A stretch of 64,000 bases of DNA from the NCBI GenBank assembly GCA_003344405.1, contig NOWV01000108.1, forward strand, positions 1 to 64,000, read 5' to 3'. Under the pieces are notes generated by a model. It was not told the origin of the DNA. It saw only the letters and a list, made by a program, of their open reading frames with translations, and made no database searches. This DNA is from Trichoplax sp. H2. Its lineage: Eukaryota. This document shows positions 11,071 through 25,575 of this stretch, in pieces. The translations under genes were made by a program, and so were the position numbers. Within the stretch, counting starts at the first letter, position 1; every line of letters begins with the position of its first letter.

Positions 11071-14000
11071 ATGGAAATCAAATCAAAAAGAGGTAATAAA
11101 GCGAAAGGAAGCAAAAATGCAAAATTAGATCCGAAAAAGAGGAAAGCCAAGCAGCTCTCTGGTGATGCAACGCATGATGACAGCTCCAAAAAGAGGAAGT
11201 TGATGCCATCCAACCAAACGAAAGAGACTACAACATCGAATCCTGACGAAACAAAAACCAATATCAATAGCTTACCATTTAAGGAACGGCGTAAAATGCG
11301 TAAAGAAATGAAAGATAACTCTAAAGTTATTACCAAGGCAAAGTCATTATGGGAAAGTATTCGAATGTAAGTTAGCTGACTTTGCAATGGGAGCTTAATG
11401 TCAATGTCATGTTGCTATTTTCTGATTCTACTACAGGATGTCGGCCTACTTCTTTGCCTACTTCCTCGACTATATTGTATTGCACTCATATTGATCAATA
11501 ATTAAGCTGCTTTTGCATCTTATAGAATTAATATTGTGCTAAAATTGAAATTGAATGCCGTCATAATTGATAGTACTATAACAAATCTACCTGCTCCTTT
11601 CTCTACCTTGCAACCTGCTCATACGTACACGGCAATAATCAATTTTGAACCTACTTTATTACCACATGCCTTTACATTTATCATCGTGGAAGAGTTCAAA
11701 TAGAATACCTCCATCCTTGATATTACTGCAGTATGCCGACCTGTTGCTTTCGCTACAATCCACTCAGATAGAATACAGTAATTAATCTACTATCTCGATA
11801 TAAAAAAGTTTCCAACTTGGAAAAATTCAAATAGAATACTGCCATCATCGATAATACTATACAGCAATATTGTATATCGACCCGCTTCCACCTCCTGTGT
11901 TGCATTCATAACGATAATGGTATAGTTTTAAGCTATTATTGCCCACATACTGTAAGCAAAGTGTAGCCATCGTTGAAAGTTCAAATTTAATGTCGATATC
12001 TTTGATACTGCTATACCATTCGACATTACCGACATTGCACTTTTACTGTATTTGTACCAGTATACATATGCAACTTATGCCATGGTTATATTTCTATCGT
12101 TTCCATCGTATTCAAATTATTTCAATCTTTTGCAGGCACAACATAAGCAATGAAAAAAGAAGTGAACTAATCAAGCAGCTACTACTATTAATTTCCAGTA
12201 TCATGCAAGACGTAAGTTCTGTTAATTTCTCCTGTTGCATTTAACTATATCACATGAAATTATTCTACTCCAATGTGTTATGAAGGTATTCCGTATGGAA
12301 TACGTATACATCAATTTAGTTGAATCTATAATTAAGAGTAATTAAAAGCTTCATTTTCATCTATACCACGTCATAGCTGGTGATGCGACATGACACCGTT
12401 CGTATTGTCCAATGCTGTCTAAAATTTGGCAATGAAGAGCAAAGAAGAGAAATTTGCCAGCAACTTCAAGGTCAAAATACATTATCGTAATACTTAGAAG
12501 GATACTGGTGTTAACCACAGTCAATATAGTCGATTAATCATATAGTACATTGGTTACACATTTTGCAACTCTATAAAGTAAATAGCAAGCAATCTGCTCT
12601 CTACTTAGTCTGCCTATAATTATAATTTAACCTCCAGGTAGTGTCATTACCCTTTCGCAAGCAAGATATTCAAAATTTTTAGTCAAAAAGATGTTAAAAT
12701 ATGGGTAGGTAACGGAAACTTTCCATCCAAGCTTAGTTATAATGCAGATGTATTTTCAAGCTACCTACATGCTATCCATTAGAACGCGACGCAACTAATT
12801 TCCATCGACTCATGATTCTAGAACTAAAAAGCAACGCGATGAAATCATTAAATCGTTTTATGGACAAGTTCGCAAGTTGATCCGTCATAAGGTATTTGCA
12901 ATAATGAAAAGTATTGCCTGTAAATTCTATCCAATTTGTGACTAAATTTCTATGATTGAATTACTAATACTCATACCTTTATTAGGAAGCTGCTGAAGTA
13001 CTAGAAACTGCTTATAACGATTACGCCAATGCTTCACAACGAGCTACTTTAATTGAGGAATTCTACGGACCCGAATTTGCCATATTTAAGGTCATTGAAT
13101 TTATTGTGCTACTTACAAGCTCATTTTGTGACTGTTAGCTTTATAACTTTGCTAACTCAACTGTTTTAAAATTTAGTCTAGCGCTGGTCGAACATTAAAC
13201 GAGGTTATAGCTGCTGAGCCTAACAACAAAACTAAAATACTAAAGTATATGCATGACACACTGACGCCCTTATTAGACAGGTGAGATAATAATATATTGT
13301 AGCTCTCATTACTGATAATTTAGTTAATAGCGGAGATTGTATTGTACTAGTATCAGCATTTTGCTATGCCAATGCATGAACTAAGTGACGAAACAGCAAT
13401 ACATAACGTTACATGACTATATACGAATACTTTGATGGCTTTTAATTTTTAACAACTTTATATTAAAACCAGAGATGTAATCAAACACACACTTGTTCAT
13501 CGAGCTCTCCTAGAATATTTCTATCATGCTGATCCAAAAATGAAATTTGTAAGTAATACCTCTGCAATCAGGTCTTAATTAATAATGCTTATCCTTTATA
13601 TCGGTATGATGGCAATCTTTATCACATTGATCTTATACATCCTTTCAATAGGAAATGATTGAAGCAATACGCGAAGCTCTTGTCTATATTTTACACACTG
13701 AAGAAGGAAGCAAAGTCACAATGCGTTGCATTTGGTTTGGAACACCTAAGGTAAATTGTAAAAATGACATGTATTACGACCAATGAAGCTTTAACATTCA
13801 AGCTGTAGTCGTACTGTAGCATTACTATGGTTTCGTTCATGTTTTAGGATAGGAAAGTTATTATCAAATCTATGAAGAAATATGTAACAAAGATATGTTT
13901 GGTAAGATTATATTGAATTCCTTAGTTGTGTTTATGTAAAATCTTTTTTCCAATCAATATTGAAGATAGACGCGAATAATTGTAGTTTAAAGCAGACTCA

Positions 14001-15791
14001 TACTTAACTAATCAACCTAACTTGCTTTACCTTAATTCATATAAGTTGTACAGGTATTTATTCGCATCTAATTTATAGTGTAATAATATTTGGAAAATGG
14101 AATTATGTTTTTAGGAAGAGCATGGACACTACGCCATGTTAGCAATCTTTGATACTGTGGATGATACCGTATTAGTCCGTAAAGCTTTATTATCGGTAAT
14201 TAAGAGTAATGATCCGCATGTTGTATGTACAATATATTCAATAATAGACGCACTAATTATTATAGGAAGTTATTTCAAATCTAAATGAAATTTCAAAAAA
14301 TGCATATGGTAGAAAAGTGCTTCTCTACCTTCTGTCGGCAAGAGACAGCCGTTATTTTCATCCAGACGTAGTCAAGAATCTTAAAGAAGGAGATGGCAAT
14401 CTCCATAGGTATGTTTGTAGATAATAACTTAATTTTTGATTTCGCGCTTAGTTTAATATCATACAGTTAATAAATACAATGAAGTCGTAATAAACGGCAA
14501 TTAATTGTCAATTTTATCAAATTTCCTAGTAAAAAAGATTCAAGTGTACGAAGTCAAGAATTACAACAAGCCATTTCAGAACCGCTTGTACAATTTATAA
14601 CTAAAAATGTTAAAGATTTGATCTTAGATAACTCTACAGCAATTTTAGTCATTGCTGCAGTAGAGAATGTGAATGGTATGTTCAGTACGTAACCTTATGT
14701 CATCTTAATATTTGATCACTAATATTATAAACGCAAATGTGTAATGATGCATGCGATTATTTGACATCAATCAGTGATATAATGCTTTTGCTACGTTTAC
14801 CAAATCTAGATGTTAACGAATTAATGAAGGCAATTGCATCTCTCGCAAATGAAGTTTTAGACCCAGATAATGAACAGGTTTACCGCTTATTCCTTATTTT
14901 GTAACCAATTACTGTATAAGGCAATAAAAAGAAATTATATAATTGTACATCTTCAACAACATAGGAACATATCATTGCAAACCAAAGTGGCCACTTTGTT
15001 TTTAAAAAGTTAATCAAAACCAATATGAAGGAAAAAGGTAAGAAGGCTATTGCATACATAAGTAATTTGTATTAACTATTACGGCAATTACTGTAGTAGC
15101 TAATAAAAGGAATTTATTAATTTAAATCTTTCTCAATAAGGTACAAGTTTCAGTGAAATTCTTCTGGAAGTTGTTTCACCGCCCGTGTTGCGGAGCTGGA
15201 TATATACTAACAGGGGATCCTTTACTTTAGTAAGGTAAAGACAAGTATCATCAATCGAATTAACTTAATAATCCAATCTACGATATGTCACAGTTAATAT
15301 TAACCAATAAACTATGTTCAACTTATGGCTACGACTTCCAGCTGGATACAATAATTACCAAGGAATATTCACACCTCGTAGTAAACGAGCATGAAAACAT
15401 ACTAACATCAATAAATCGTGACCACCGCATACTAAAAAATGATCTATAATTAACAAAGTAGTTGGGATTATCCTTAATGTACCTGATGTATAAGATAAAA
15501 AATCAACAATTCATTTAAAGTGTACTGTATCGACATTTTATTAACAATTGCCAAATTTTTTGATACCAGCTATGTGTAAAACTTTATAATTAAAAATGCT
15601 TATGTAATCTGCAATGTTGTCTCATAAAAGTGATCAAAAATGTCTTAATTTTTCGTTCTAGTTTAATGGAATCATCGCCAGTCAGCGCGACTAAATTACA
15701 ACAAATTCTGCGTGACGTAAAACAGGAGATCAAACAACAAAGCACAGCAGGATGTTCGATCCTATCCAAATTATTAAGCAAGAAAACGTAA
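11071..15791 (+). CDS. PUM3: Pumilio homolog 3 / Puf-A (KIAA0020, Puf6-like nucleolar RNA-binding protein), 17 exons
   Basis: Lys-rich N-terminal exon ending AKSLWESIR, then exons encoding RHDTVRIVQCCLKFG, YSKFLVKKMLKYG, FYGQVRKLIRHK, EAAEVLETAYNDYANASQRATLIEEFYGPEF, HTEEGSKVTMRCIWFGTPKDRKVIIKSMK, FDTVDDT and KEGDGNLHSKKD. All introns are GT-AG. TAA stop at 15789-15791. Confidence 0.93.
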
Positions 15792-15971
15792 AACAGAACT
15801 TTTTTAACCGTGGTGCGAAGTTTGTCTTCACTATCGAAATAAGCAAATTACGAGCAATTGTAGTTCGCTAAGAAAATCTGTTATATAGTTGATGGAACCA
15901 TATCTTAATTTACGGTGTAAAGTTTGTAAGTAGTTTAAGAATTGAAAAATTTTGAGAGAACGTGCATCCAC

Positions 15972-18900
15972 TTAAATTCGCTTTTGTAACAAATTATCGT
16001 AAACCCAATTGTCACCATCCAAATGAAAGAGCTACAAAGTTACGAAGAGTAAATAATAATGGATTAATTTCATTTTAATTAAAGATGCATAGTAATCATA
16101 ATAGTATTGTTTACAGCGAAGCAATAAATTGATCTTACTTTGGTATCCCACGACTCTCCCGCTTCTTTTCTCTGACGGGCTTCAGCTCGTTGACGATCTT
16201 CCAACTATTTTAGACAATAAATGTGTCATGAATATCAAAATAATAAAATCCATCAAACTATGCAGTGATACTATCAATAACTATAGCGTCCGTAGTGGAT
16301 ACTTACGAAGCGTTTAGCTGCACTAGCATCGTCAATATTCCCCGATTTTAAATTTATTGTGACTTCGTTCCATAATCTATCATTGGATTGTCATCAGAAA
16401 TCTAATGGTAGCGATATAACATCAATAACATGTTTTTGTTTCAAACCTTCTCGATTCATATACATCCATGAGAACCATAGGCGGAACAATCTTCTTCATC
16501 ATTTGCATTGCTTTCGTATTTAAGTACTCTCTAGCGACCTAAGTTGATAATACGTTTAGATAATCATTGAAAACTTAACATAACAAGATTGTAATTGCCT
16601 AATAACATACTCCAGAAGAATCTTTAGCCGTCATACTACCATTCCATTCACCACTTATACTTAACCATGGTTTCTTTTCTGATGGTGGACTATAATTTGA
16701 GCATACAGTAATGCAAGATGATTATTGCTACAATAAATGTTAAACGTAGAAATAAATCTACTTTTAATATTGTACATTATTTCAGCAGTTATCCTGTTCT
16801 TTTTGCCACCATAAAACGGCTGAAATAAATAGAAATTGAATTGAGTCATTAGTATTTTGAGTACAACTTTTGTAAATGGTAGGTACTCATGGGACATACG
16901 CGTATATCTTACCTTTGTATGAAATTCAATATTAGCAGTATAACCAGTCTTTGCGCATACTATCGAAGTCTTTCCACCTAACTCGACCCAAGGAACGCTT
17001 AATATCGACCTGAAAAATTCATTCATAGCTAGTAAAAATGAAATGTAAAGATTCTACAATCTATTAAAATGTTAAGTACTAGCTAATTGTATATTATTAC
17101 ATAATCTAGCATGGTATCAGTTGTCAGCATAGATCAACTTAGTAGTACAGAAATTATAAACAAAAGTGCATACTATAGAGCGAAAAATGAACGACACCGA
17201 TAGGAGGTAAGGTCATTAAGTACAGTACAGTAACGAGATACCAATGATAAAATTTTTCCAATAAATTGTCATACCTTGCATAACCATTAGGGAAAGTAAC
17301 TATATATTCTTCATCGTACTCTGGTAAGGATATACAACCTAGCGATCAATACCATAGTCAAATAGTGCATCAGAACAGTACTATTTAATTGGTAAGAGTA
17401 GTAACAACGATCGAAATTGAATTGACATGTAAGATGTAGTGCATGATCAAAATACCTTGACCAATATTATGGACACCGATGGAAAGACCTAAAAACTTCG
17501 ATTTTGTCCAAATATGTCCACAAAATGAGATTCTCTTATTGTAGTGTTCACTATAAAACGCCGAAACTGCAAGTATTGAATAATATAATGATCGATAAGT
17601 TTAGAAGAGAAACACCTATTAATGTTAAACCAATGCATATATTACCTGGTGGGTGATGAGAGACTTGTTCTGCGACAAACGCTAAACTATCTTTACTAAC
17701 CCACGGCAAAGGTCCATCTTTTGTAATTTCTCTTACATTTTTAGTATCAAGATCAAAATAACATCGAAATGTTTCTCCAAGAATAGGGTTATATGGTTTT
17801 TTGGCTACCGTACTCTACCAAATTGATAACACATCAATACAGTAGTTATTAATACGACAATAAAAAAATATTTGACATGTTACATAAGGGAGATTATTAA
17901 TAATATTCGTACACTAATAAAAAGACATTCGATATATTATATAAGAAAGAATATATATTTTTCAATTGTATTGTACCTTCCTGCCAGCATGAAAAGCCGA
18001 TAAATACCACATAACTGCACGCTCCATTCGTTCACGAGGACTTTGCATGTCAGCAATGCTGGATCAAGATTAGTTTTATCAATTTAAATGAATGAGGAAA
18101 TTTCTTCCATTTATCGTAATTAACGATGATAATACAGTCCAAATACCTTACGAAGATGTCAGCGTGTGTGAAAAAGTCTGCGTACATTTCCAATAGTGAT
18201 TTCGATTCAAGAATAAAAGTTGGCAGGGTTACCTAGTGAACAAGAAATAGGAAAAGTTATCATTACATTATGCCCGTTGACAGTCTTAAAAGATAGAAGT
18301 AGATTATCATCTCTATACCTTTGTTAGATCCATACCCAACTTAAGTTGTGAGAGAACATGGGTAATCACACTTTGGTTACCATCGGAACCAGCATCTACA
18401 AAGCAAAATAGAATAAAATTAAAGCGACAATAATTTTTAAATCACAAGAAGTAGTTTATATACCAAGGTAGCACACTTTAATTAGTTAATAAGGTGTTTA
18501 CCAGTTATACTAGCAGGGTCGTCATCGGGATCTTCAACACAGTTTTCTATATCAAGATAACATTTTTTAGTTAGGGAAGATCGAAGACTGTCAGGATACC
18601 CTATACTGTAGATATTACTAATGTTATACTGCAGTGTTACCCATTGTAATTTCGTCTTCCGGTTGAATTTCGTGGTTACTTACTTCTTGGGTTGTTCTGC
18701 ATTATTATTTTTCAAGTATTGATATTACAGAGAATGACAGAAAATTTTACTATACAAAAATAAATTACCAGCTAGTTCATCTACCTTTCCTGATGCGATT
18801 GATCTAAACTTAAATTTTCAGTGTTTGACATGGCATTAGTATCTTGTGGTTGAGTAGCTTGCTCATCAGCTACAACTGAGGTCGAGCCGCCATCTGCAGA

Positions 18901-21900
18901 CTTTTGTAATAGCTCTGGTGTTGCATTAACGCTTTCACTATCAGCAGAGCGTAGGTGATGGTCGTTCAAACTTCCGACATTTTCATCAGAATCATAATTA
19001 TCAGCATCATAAAAGGAATCTTCATCTTCACTGCTTGAATAGGAAATTGCAGGTACATCTAATCGCATACGCAACTGATCTGCAGCTAACCAATTTGAGA
19101 AAATTGAAGATAATTAATTAATTATTCCATTACTATTGACTAAATTGTTGGAATCAAGACTTGTTAATTTTTAAAAATAAAACAATTATGATACTGTATA
19201 AATGGTTGCCTACGTAAAGATATCGGCTCGACTTCACCATTAGCAGGCATAGATGTTTCTGTATTTGTATCAACTGGTGGTGCAATCATATCATTAGTAA
19301 AGCCACCTTGATGAGCAAGAGTAGTTTGCTGAACAGGCTCAGAATGTGATGATGTAGTTGTCACATGTTCAGAAGTTAATGCAGTTGACTCATCCGAAAG
19401 TTCTTTCGGTTGGTCTAAATCAAGCTGTATCAGATCATCGGGTAAAGGCTGATCCGATTTTACTGCAGTACTATCCTTCACTGTAGATTGCAATGTGTCC
19501 GACTTATGATTATCTTTAACGGTATCATCATGCTGAGAAGTTTGGTTAGGGCTAGCTGTATTGAAAGGGTATACCACCTCATCGTAAGGTTTTAAAGTTT
19601 TAGGACTGGGTTGTTCATCATCTTGTGGCAAATCCATAGCGATATTTTCACAATTTTTATAAGAATTCTATATATTAACATTATGAAATAAAAAAAATGG
19701 AGGAATGCATTATTAAAAGGGTATCACAACTAGCACAGTCTTACTTTGATTATCGTTGTAACTAATCAATTACCTTTGCAGTATGTAACATATCCAAAGC
19801 TCTTTTGATTGCTTCTAGCATACCCTGAGATAAACGCAAATATGAAAAAGAGCTAGAATGATTGCATGCGTATGAGAAAGGTAAGCGGAGACTTTTAATA
19901 GTAATAGGGCAAATACTGCTTTCTATGCTATCGTTTGAAGGAATTTATGGAGTGTATTTACAACGTTTCGACGCAACACTTATTACATCTTTTGACTTAC
20001 ATGAGCAGAAGCTTTCAGCGCTAACAAATTCTACCGTAGAAAAGTTATGTCGGCAAAAAAATAAGAGGATATCGTTATCAATTGGATACGTTGTATGTTA
20101 ATTTAAGCTATTGGTTTTAATTGAGAGATTATTACGTCAACTTCGCCATCATCCGTACAGCTGTTAATCTTGTCTTCTAAAGTCTATAGCCAAAAATAAC
20201 GATAGGAATTTTCATTTGTTAATGCTATATATAGTTATTGCAATAAGTTTGGTAAAATGATTCACTGTATCAAATCGGTACTATGATCCGTTTGGATATG
20301 CATACATATCGATATTTAGACTTACAGTAATCTGCGATGTCAATAATACATAGTACGCATCCGCCTCAGCTAATTTGACGTCTAATGCTTCCGAAAATGG
20401 TCGGCCACTTTTGGTCAACCACGCTTTGGAAAATTTCTGATTTTCCAATTAATAAGAGAAAGAGTAATGTATGTTCCCAATTTAGTAGAGATAGGAAAAT
20501 GATTCATACTAGGTAGTCTATTCAATCAAGGAACGATAACAATATCATCAACGCTAACCTTTCGAGGCTGTGAATGATTGGTAATTGTTTCTTCTAAGGC
20601 TCTAATCCACCGTTCTCGTTCGTCTTCGTCACGAGCTTATTCGATAAAGCACAATAAATTAGTACTCCTTCAATTCATACGAATGCAAACTCATCATCTC
20701 TTCGATTTTACAACTCTAGAAATAATTTTTCCCAAGATAACGTTGAAGTTGTAGATATACACGTATCGACTCCAAAATGTGTACAATCGGAAAATGGATG
20801 CTCTAACCGTCTAAAACGATGATCACATTGAACTCGTAAACTAAACTAAAAATAACTGTGAAAATAAGAGCAGCGAATTAGTCAATATGATAGCTCAACG
20901 TGGACTTTGCTTCTGACGTCATGATTGCCATCGATGGGCGCTGGCGAGTATAGACGAATATGTTCTAGTCAAAAGTTGAAATTGGCCGGCCATTGCTATG
21001 ATGCAATATTTTCCCACACCATCACCAGTTAATGTTGTACATAGTTGACGATAGTATCATGATGTTATGAAGAAATTTTTTTCTTCACTTTGGTTTCACT
21101 ACCTACGAGTTATTAGTCAACATCGTCCAACATAAGATACAGGGAATGCCATCGAGTCTAAATCGATGTTCAAAGCGAAGACGATGACGATGAAAAAATA
21201 CGACAAATGTCGAGATGATTATCGGTGAAATGATGAATGTACGGTAGTTACGGCTGGGCAATATACTTAGCAATAAAGATAGACGACATAATCGAGACTA
21301 ATGTTAGGGAAAATATCGACAACGACATAGTCCATTTTGTTCCATGCTTAATTGATTGATTCTATTAGAAAATGGAAGGATTGATCATGGTGATAGCAAT
21401 GACGTCATGGCCTTCAATAAGTAATACCAACTTCCTCATCTAGTAGTTGGCGATATCTCATATTAGAAAATGATATTGATTGATTTTCAATCGCTATTTT
21501 ACAGTAGATTAATGCAAAAGCATCGCAGATGATATTGGAAGAATTCTAATTCACTATCGTCTACGTCAAGAATCCATTCCATCATGGCTTAAGTTTGGAC
21601 GATACAGTATTCAAGGTAAAAGTAACAAGTAAAAATTATGATGAAGGAATCCACTTTTATGATTAGTTCCATCGCGTATTTGTTCATTTTCCATTGCGAT
21701 TTTATAGCAAATGAATCAAAAACTAGCGTCGATGATCACTCCAAGGGTTCTAATTCATCATCTAATGCAAAAAAATTGGCGTAGACGTGAATCCATTCGT
21801 TAACAACTAAAGTTGTTATACTACCGTATTCAATGTAGACATTACAAGCAAATTATAATCAACCAAATACACCTTATGTTGGCCCATTGCTGTTGCTACC

Positions 21901-24482
21901 AATATACTGCTATTGATGACATAATTTCTAATTACAAATCGTTGCCAAGTTTGTATTTATATATATATTATACAGTACATCAATTTCACAATATGGAAAA
22001 CTTGTATACTCGTATGCTGGTAAACGTACCGTATATGCAAACAAAGTATTATCTAGTCTATTAAACGAATACTCTACCTTGAAAATGAAATATCTTCTGA
22101 TCGCTATTAATGGTAAAAGTACTATCGTCTTCGTCGTCGATACCAATTACAGCATTCTACGTGTACAAAAAGACAATATATTAGTTAGATGGTGAATTTG
22201 TATGCTTTACCATCGATTCATTAATAATTAGATGTAATTATCCAGGTCATTATAATATGCCTATCAATCATCTCGGGGTAGGCATTATGCCGAAAAATGA
22301 TAATCAGAAGTGGAATAATGACTTGGATAATTTTGAACTATTTTCCATTGATGGATTGGACAGGAAATCTACCTTATTTTATATCGCCTACATCCATGTG
22401 CTTTTCGTGTCGACAAGAGTATTTGTCTACCTACTAACATGATTACAGTATAGGGTACATTCCAATTCTTCAACACGACCTGTAACTTTTATCAACTGTA
22501 AATACACAAACTGTAAGCATTCATTGACGATGATAAAAATGGAATGTAGATGAATCGATAAAAGGATAGATAGCCCTCAATTTACACCATTACATGATCA
22601 TTCCACACGATGAAATTGTTATTTTGTGACACAAAATGGAATACAGTAATTTGGTCAACCTTTCCATCAGTCATGACTATCATCAGTTCACTGACATTAT
22701 AGAGGATGTAAAAGAATGCTCGGTATGGATAAAGTTATAAGATTTTTCAATCTAAAATAAAATTGAAAAGAATGGTAAATAAAGAAAAATCCGAATAGAA
22801 AGGAAATAGTATGAAGGTTGAATGGTTAAGACTGCAAATTAGGAAATCATCTGTAGGGAATGATCAATAAGAACAGCTATCAACACTGTTGATGCTGACG
22901 TTAACTAAACACAAGCACTGCACACTCAGAGTGTACAATCTACATGGGATTAGGCACGTCGGCTGAAAGCGTAAATAAATAGCCAACGCCTGCCTAATGT
23001 TATTATCATGATGTCCTGCTTGAAAATAACATTTGAATTTCACTTTCAAGACAGCACATCCAAGTCTGCTATTGATGGATACGAGTGGAAATCAATCGGC
23101 TTTTCTTACTACTACTGGATTTCAGTGATGAATTGAAAAGGTGATCGTATCATAATTTCTAAGTGACTCCTTAATTCATCTATGATCAAACTGGTGTTAT
23201 TATCATTATAACCAGGAGATAATAGAGTGGACGATATTCTATCAGTGTTAAGAGCACTGTAAACTAGTGAGGACAGAATACTGTTGTATCGTTATTACTT
23301 CTAGTTAAAGCTTTAAGGCTTAGGGATATTCCATTGATCTATCATGTTGAACAACAAATAGTATCAAAAGGACAAGCATACCTTGAGACGTAAGCATCCG
23401 CGACGAGATCCACGCATCATTTTGTCTTTAGACTGTCAAGATGGTTGAAATTTTAGTATTATAGATATGCATAGTATTGAGTAAGATCATCAATGAGCTA
23501 GTATTCATGTCAATCAGTGTCCTAATACGACTGGAATGCAAATCTTTATGCACCATATTGCAAAAAAGAGTAAGCCAAGACTGCTTTGGCGAACAAACAA
23601 TGTACTATCGCATCAGATACAATTACCTGTCGAGTAATATGGCGATCGCATCATGATCGCCATATTACTTAGCTAGTCAAAGTGATTATCGCCTTGTAGT
23701 TTATTGTATCCTATGACTCTTATTCATCATGCTATACCTTTTATAGCACTTTCCATGGAATAATGACATTATAAAAATAGCAAAAGTCAAGACTGTTGAG
23801 GCTAACTGTAGTATGGACAGTAGAGTAGGATCGCATTAGGTCCAACTGACTCCATCATCGAAAGGCGATCGTACGATGATAGCGGTCTACTTGGCTAGTA
23901 AAGTAATCATCGCCTTGTAGTTTATTGTATTTAATGACTGTTTTCCATCATGCTATTCCTTTGTAGCATTTTTCACTCTATGGTGAAAATGCAGCAGTAA
24001 GCAACGATGGACCATTGCATTGGGTCGAATCGACTCTATCCTAGAATAGCGATGGTACCATGATCGCCATGGACTTGGCTAGTCAAGTGATGATTGCCTT
24101 GTCGTTTATTGTATCCTATTCATCATCATCCTACAACTAAATGACACTTTTAATGGAGCCACTACAATCCATTATGATTCATTCTTGTGCTAAATTGAAT
24201 TCAATTTAGCGATGTAGTGGCCTACCGCATGACTGATTAGCTTACGACAAGAGCTAGCCTTAGCTGGCCATGACGATTCAACAAGCGAATGATGAAACGA
24301 TCGCTAAGCTAAAAGAGAGCATCATGTACATCTACAATACTAAATTAAAGTAGAAAACATACTGTGTAATAGGATAATATTCCAGCAGTTTCATCAAGAA
24401 CAAACCAACGATATTGCCATCCTTTAACGACATTAGTCCATTTAGATAGTGGACCTTCCATAGGTGCACCGACCATCGCCAT
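15972..24482 (-). CDS. OSBPL9: Oxysterol-binding protein-related protein 9 (PH domain, FFAT motif, ORD), about 25 exons
   Basis: Exon 1 (24363-24482) encodes [30 protein letters not shown]. Exon 2 encodes [17 protein letters not shown] and exon 3 [19 protein letters not shown]-like [12 protein letters not shown] lies at about 19010. ORD signatures include [34 protein letters not shown] and [12 protein letters not shown]. The last exon is [19 protein letters not shown]. Confidence 0.95.
23620..24130. repeat. Degenerate tandem repeat (3 copies, period about 185-225 bp) in OSBPL9 intron 1
   Basis: 'atgatcgcc..acttggctagtcaaagtgattatcgccttgtagtttattgtat' occurs at about 23653, 23876 and 24060. 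Confidence 0.8.
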
Positions 24483-24549
24483 ACTGCTTGCCTTGACTGC
24501 TTGGTCCGTGCCAGTCTTATCCATTCCTGTCTCTTAATATTGACTCCAC

Positions 24550-24705
24550 CCTATTGGCCACTGGAGTACAGTCCACGAGTTAGAGTATTTTCCTCCTAAA
24601 CGACATTGTACTGTAGTCGATTGTACTGTAGTGCTCTGCCCCCCAATGGCCAATGAAAGTGCAATAACGCGATTTTGGACGGCCATTTTTGCGCTCCAAT
24701 CAATT
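24550..24705. promoter_or_regulatory. Probable OSBPL9 proximal promoter with clustered CCAAT boxes
   Basis: ATTGG at about 24554, CCAATGGCCAAT at about 24643-24654 and CCAAT at about 24696, all 70-220 bp upstream of the ATG. Confidence 0.4.
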
Positions 24706-25109
24706 TGGTTTTTTGAGCATGTCGAATTCAATTTTAATCGTATAGCCTGTTCAATATTTTCATATATCCTCGAAACTGGATAATAAAGCTTACAAATTGG
24801 GGACTTGTTTCTATCGATACCGAATAAGAAGTGCTCTATTTTGAGGTATTAACAGCTTTTAGGCTAGCATTTTCAATGCTCAATTTTTCTTTATTGCACT
24901 TTCATCGGCCACTACTGTACACTATACAGTCCACACTGAGAATACCCAACAGTCCTCCTGATGAAGATACCCTACAATATAATATACAGTATACTACTGT
25001 ACGTACTACTGGCATAACATCGCCTGTCCTGTAAACTACGGCTTGTTACCTTGTAGTGTACGCGCCATAGAAGGTGGGAAATCCTAGATATCGTACAATA
25101 CTATTTACG

Positions 25110-25575
25110 GCTTATCTACACCTTATCTACTGTACTACATTCAGATCGAATGCTTATCTACGCCTTATCTACTGTACTACATTCAGATCGAATGCTTATC
25201 TACGCCTTATCTACTGTGCTAGATTAAAGATCGAATGCTTATCTACACCTTATCTACTGTTGCTAGATTAAGATCTTTCAATCAGAGAAAATTGCTNNNN
25301 NNNNNNNNNNNNNNNNCAGATCGAATGCTTATCTACGCCTTATCTACTGTACTACATTCAGATCGAATGCTTATCTACGCCTTATCTACTGTACTACATT
25401 CAGATCGAATGCTTATCTACGCCTTATCTACTGTACTACATTCAGATCGAATGCTTATCTACGCCTTATCTACTGTACTACATTCAGATCGAATGCTTAT
25501 CTACGCCTTATCTACTGTGCTAGATTAAAGATCGAATGCTTATCTACACCTTATCTACTGTTGCTAGATTAAGAT
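25110..25575. repeat. 42-bp minisatellite (copy 1, interrupted by an assembly gap)
   Basis: Unit cttatctacgccttatctactgtactacattcagatcgaatg. Confidence 0.95.

Noticed and set aside
21985..22075. NRLD...[12 protein letters not shown] resembling a TM9SF N-terminal motif (possible nested gene)
   Set aside because: It is read-through from an OSBPL9 exon into its intron. The spacing differs from TM9SF and no further TM9SF exons are seen, so it is most likely chance.
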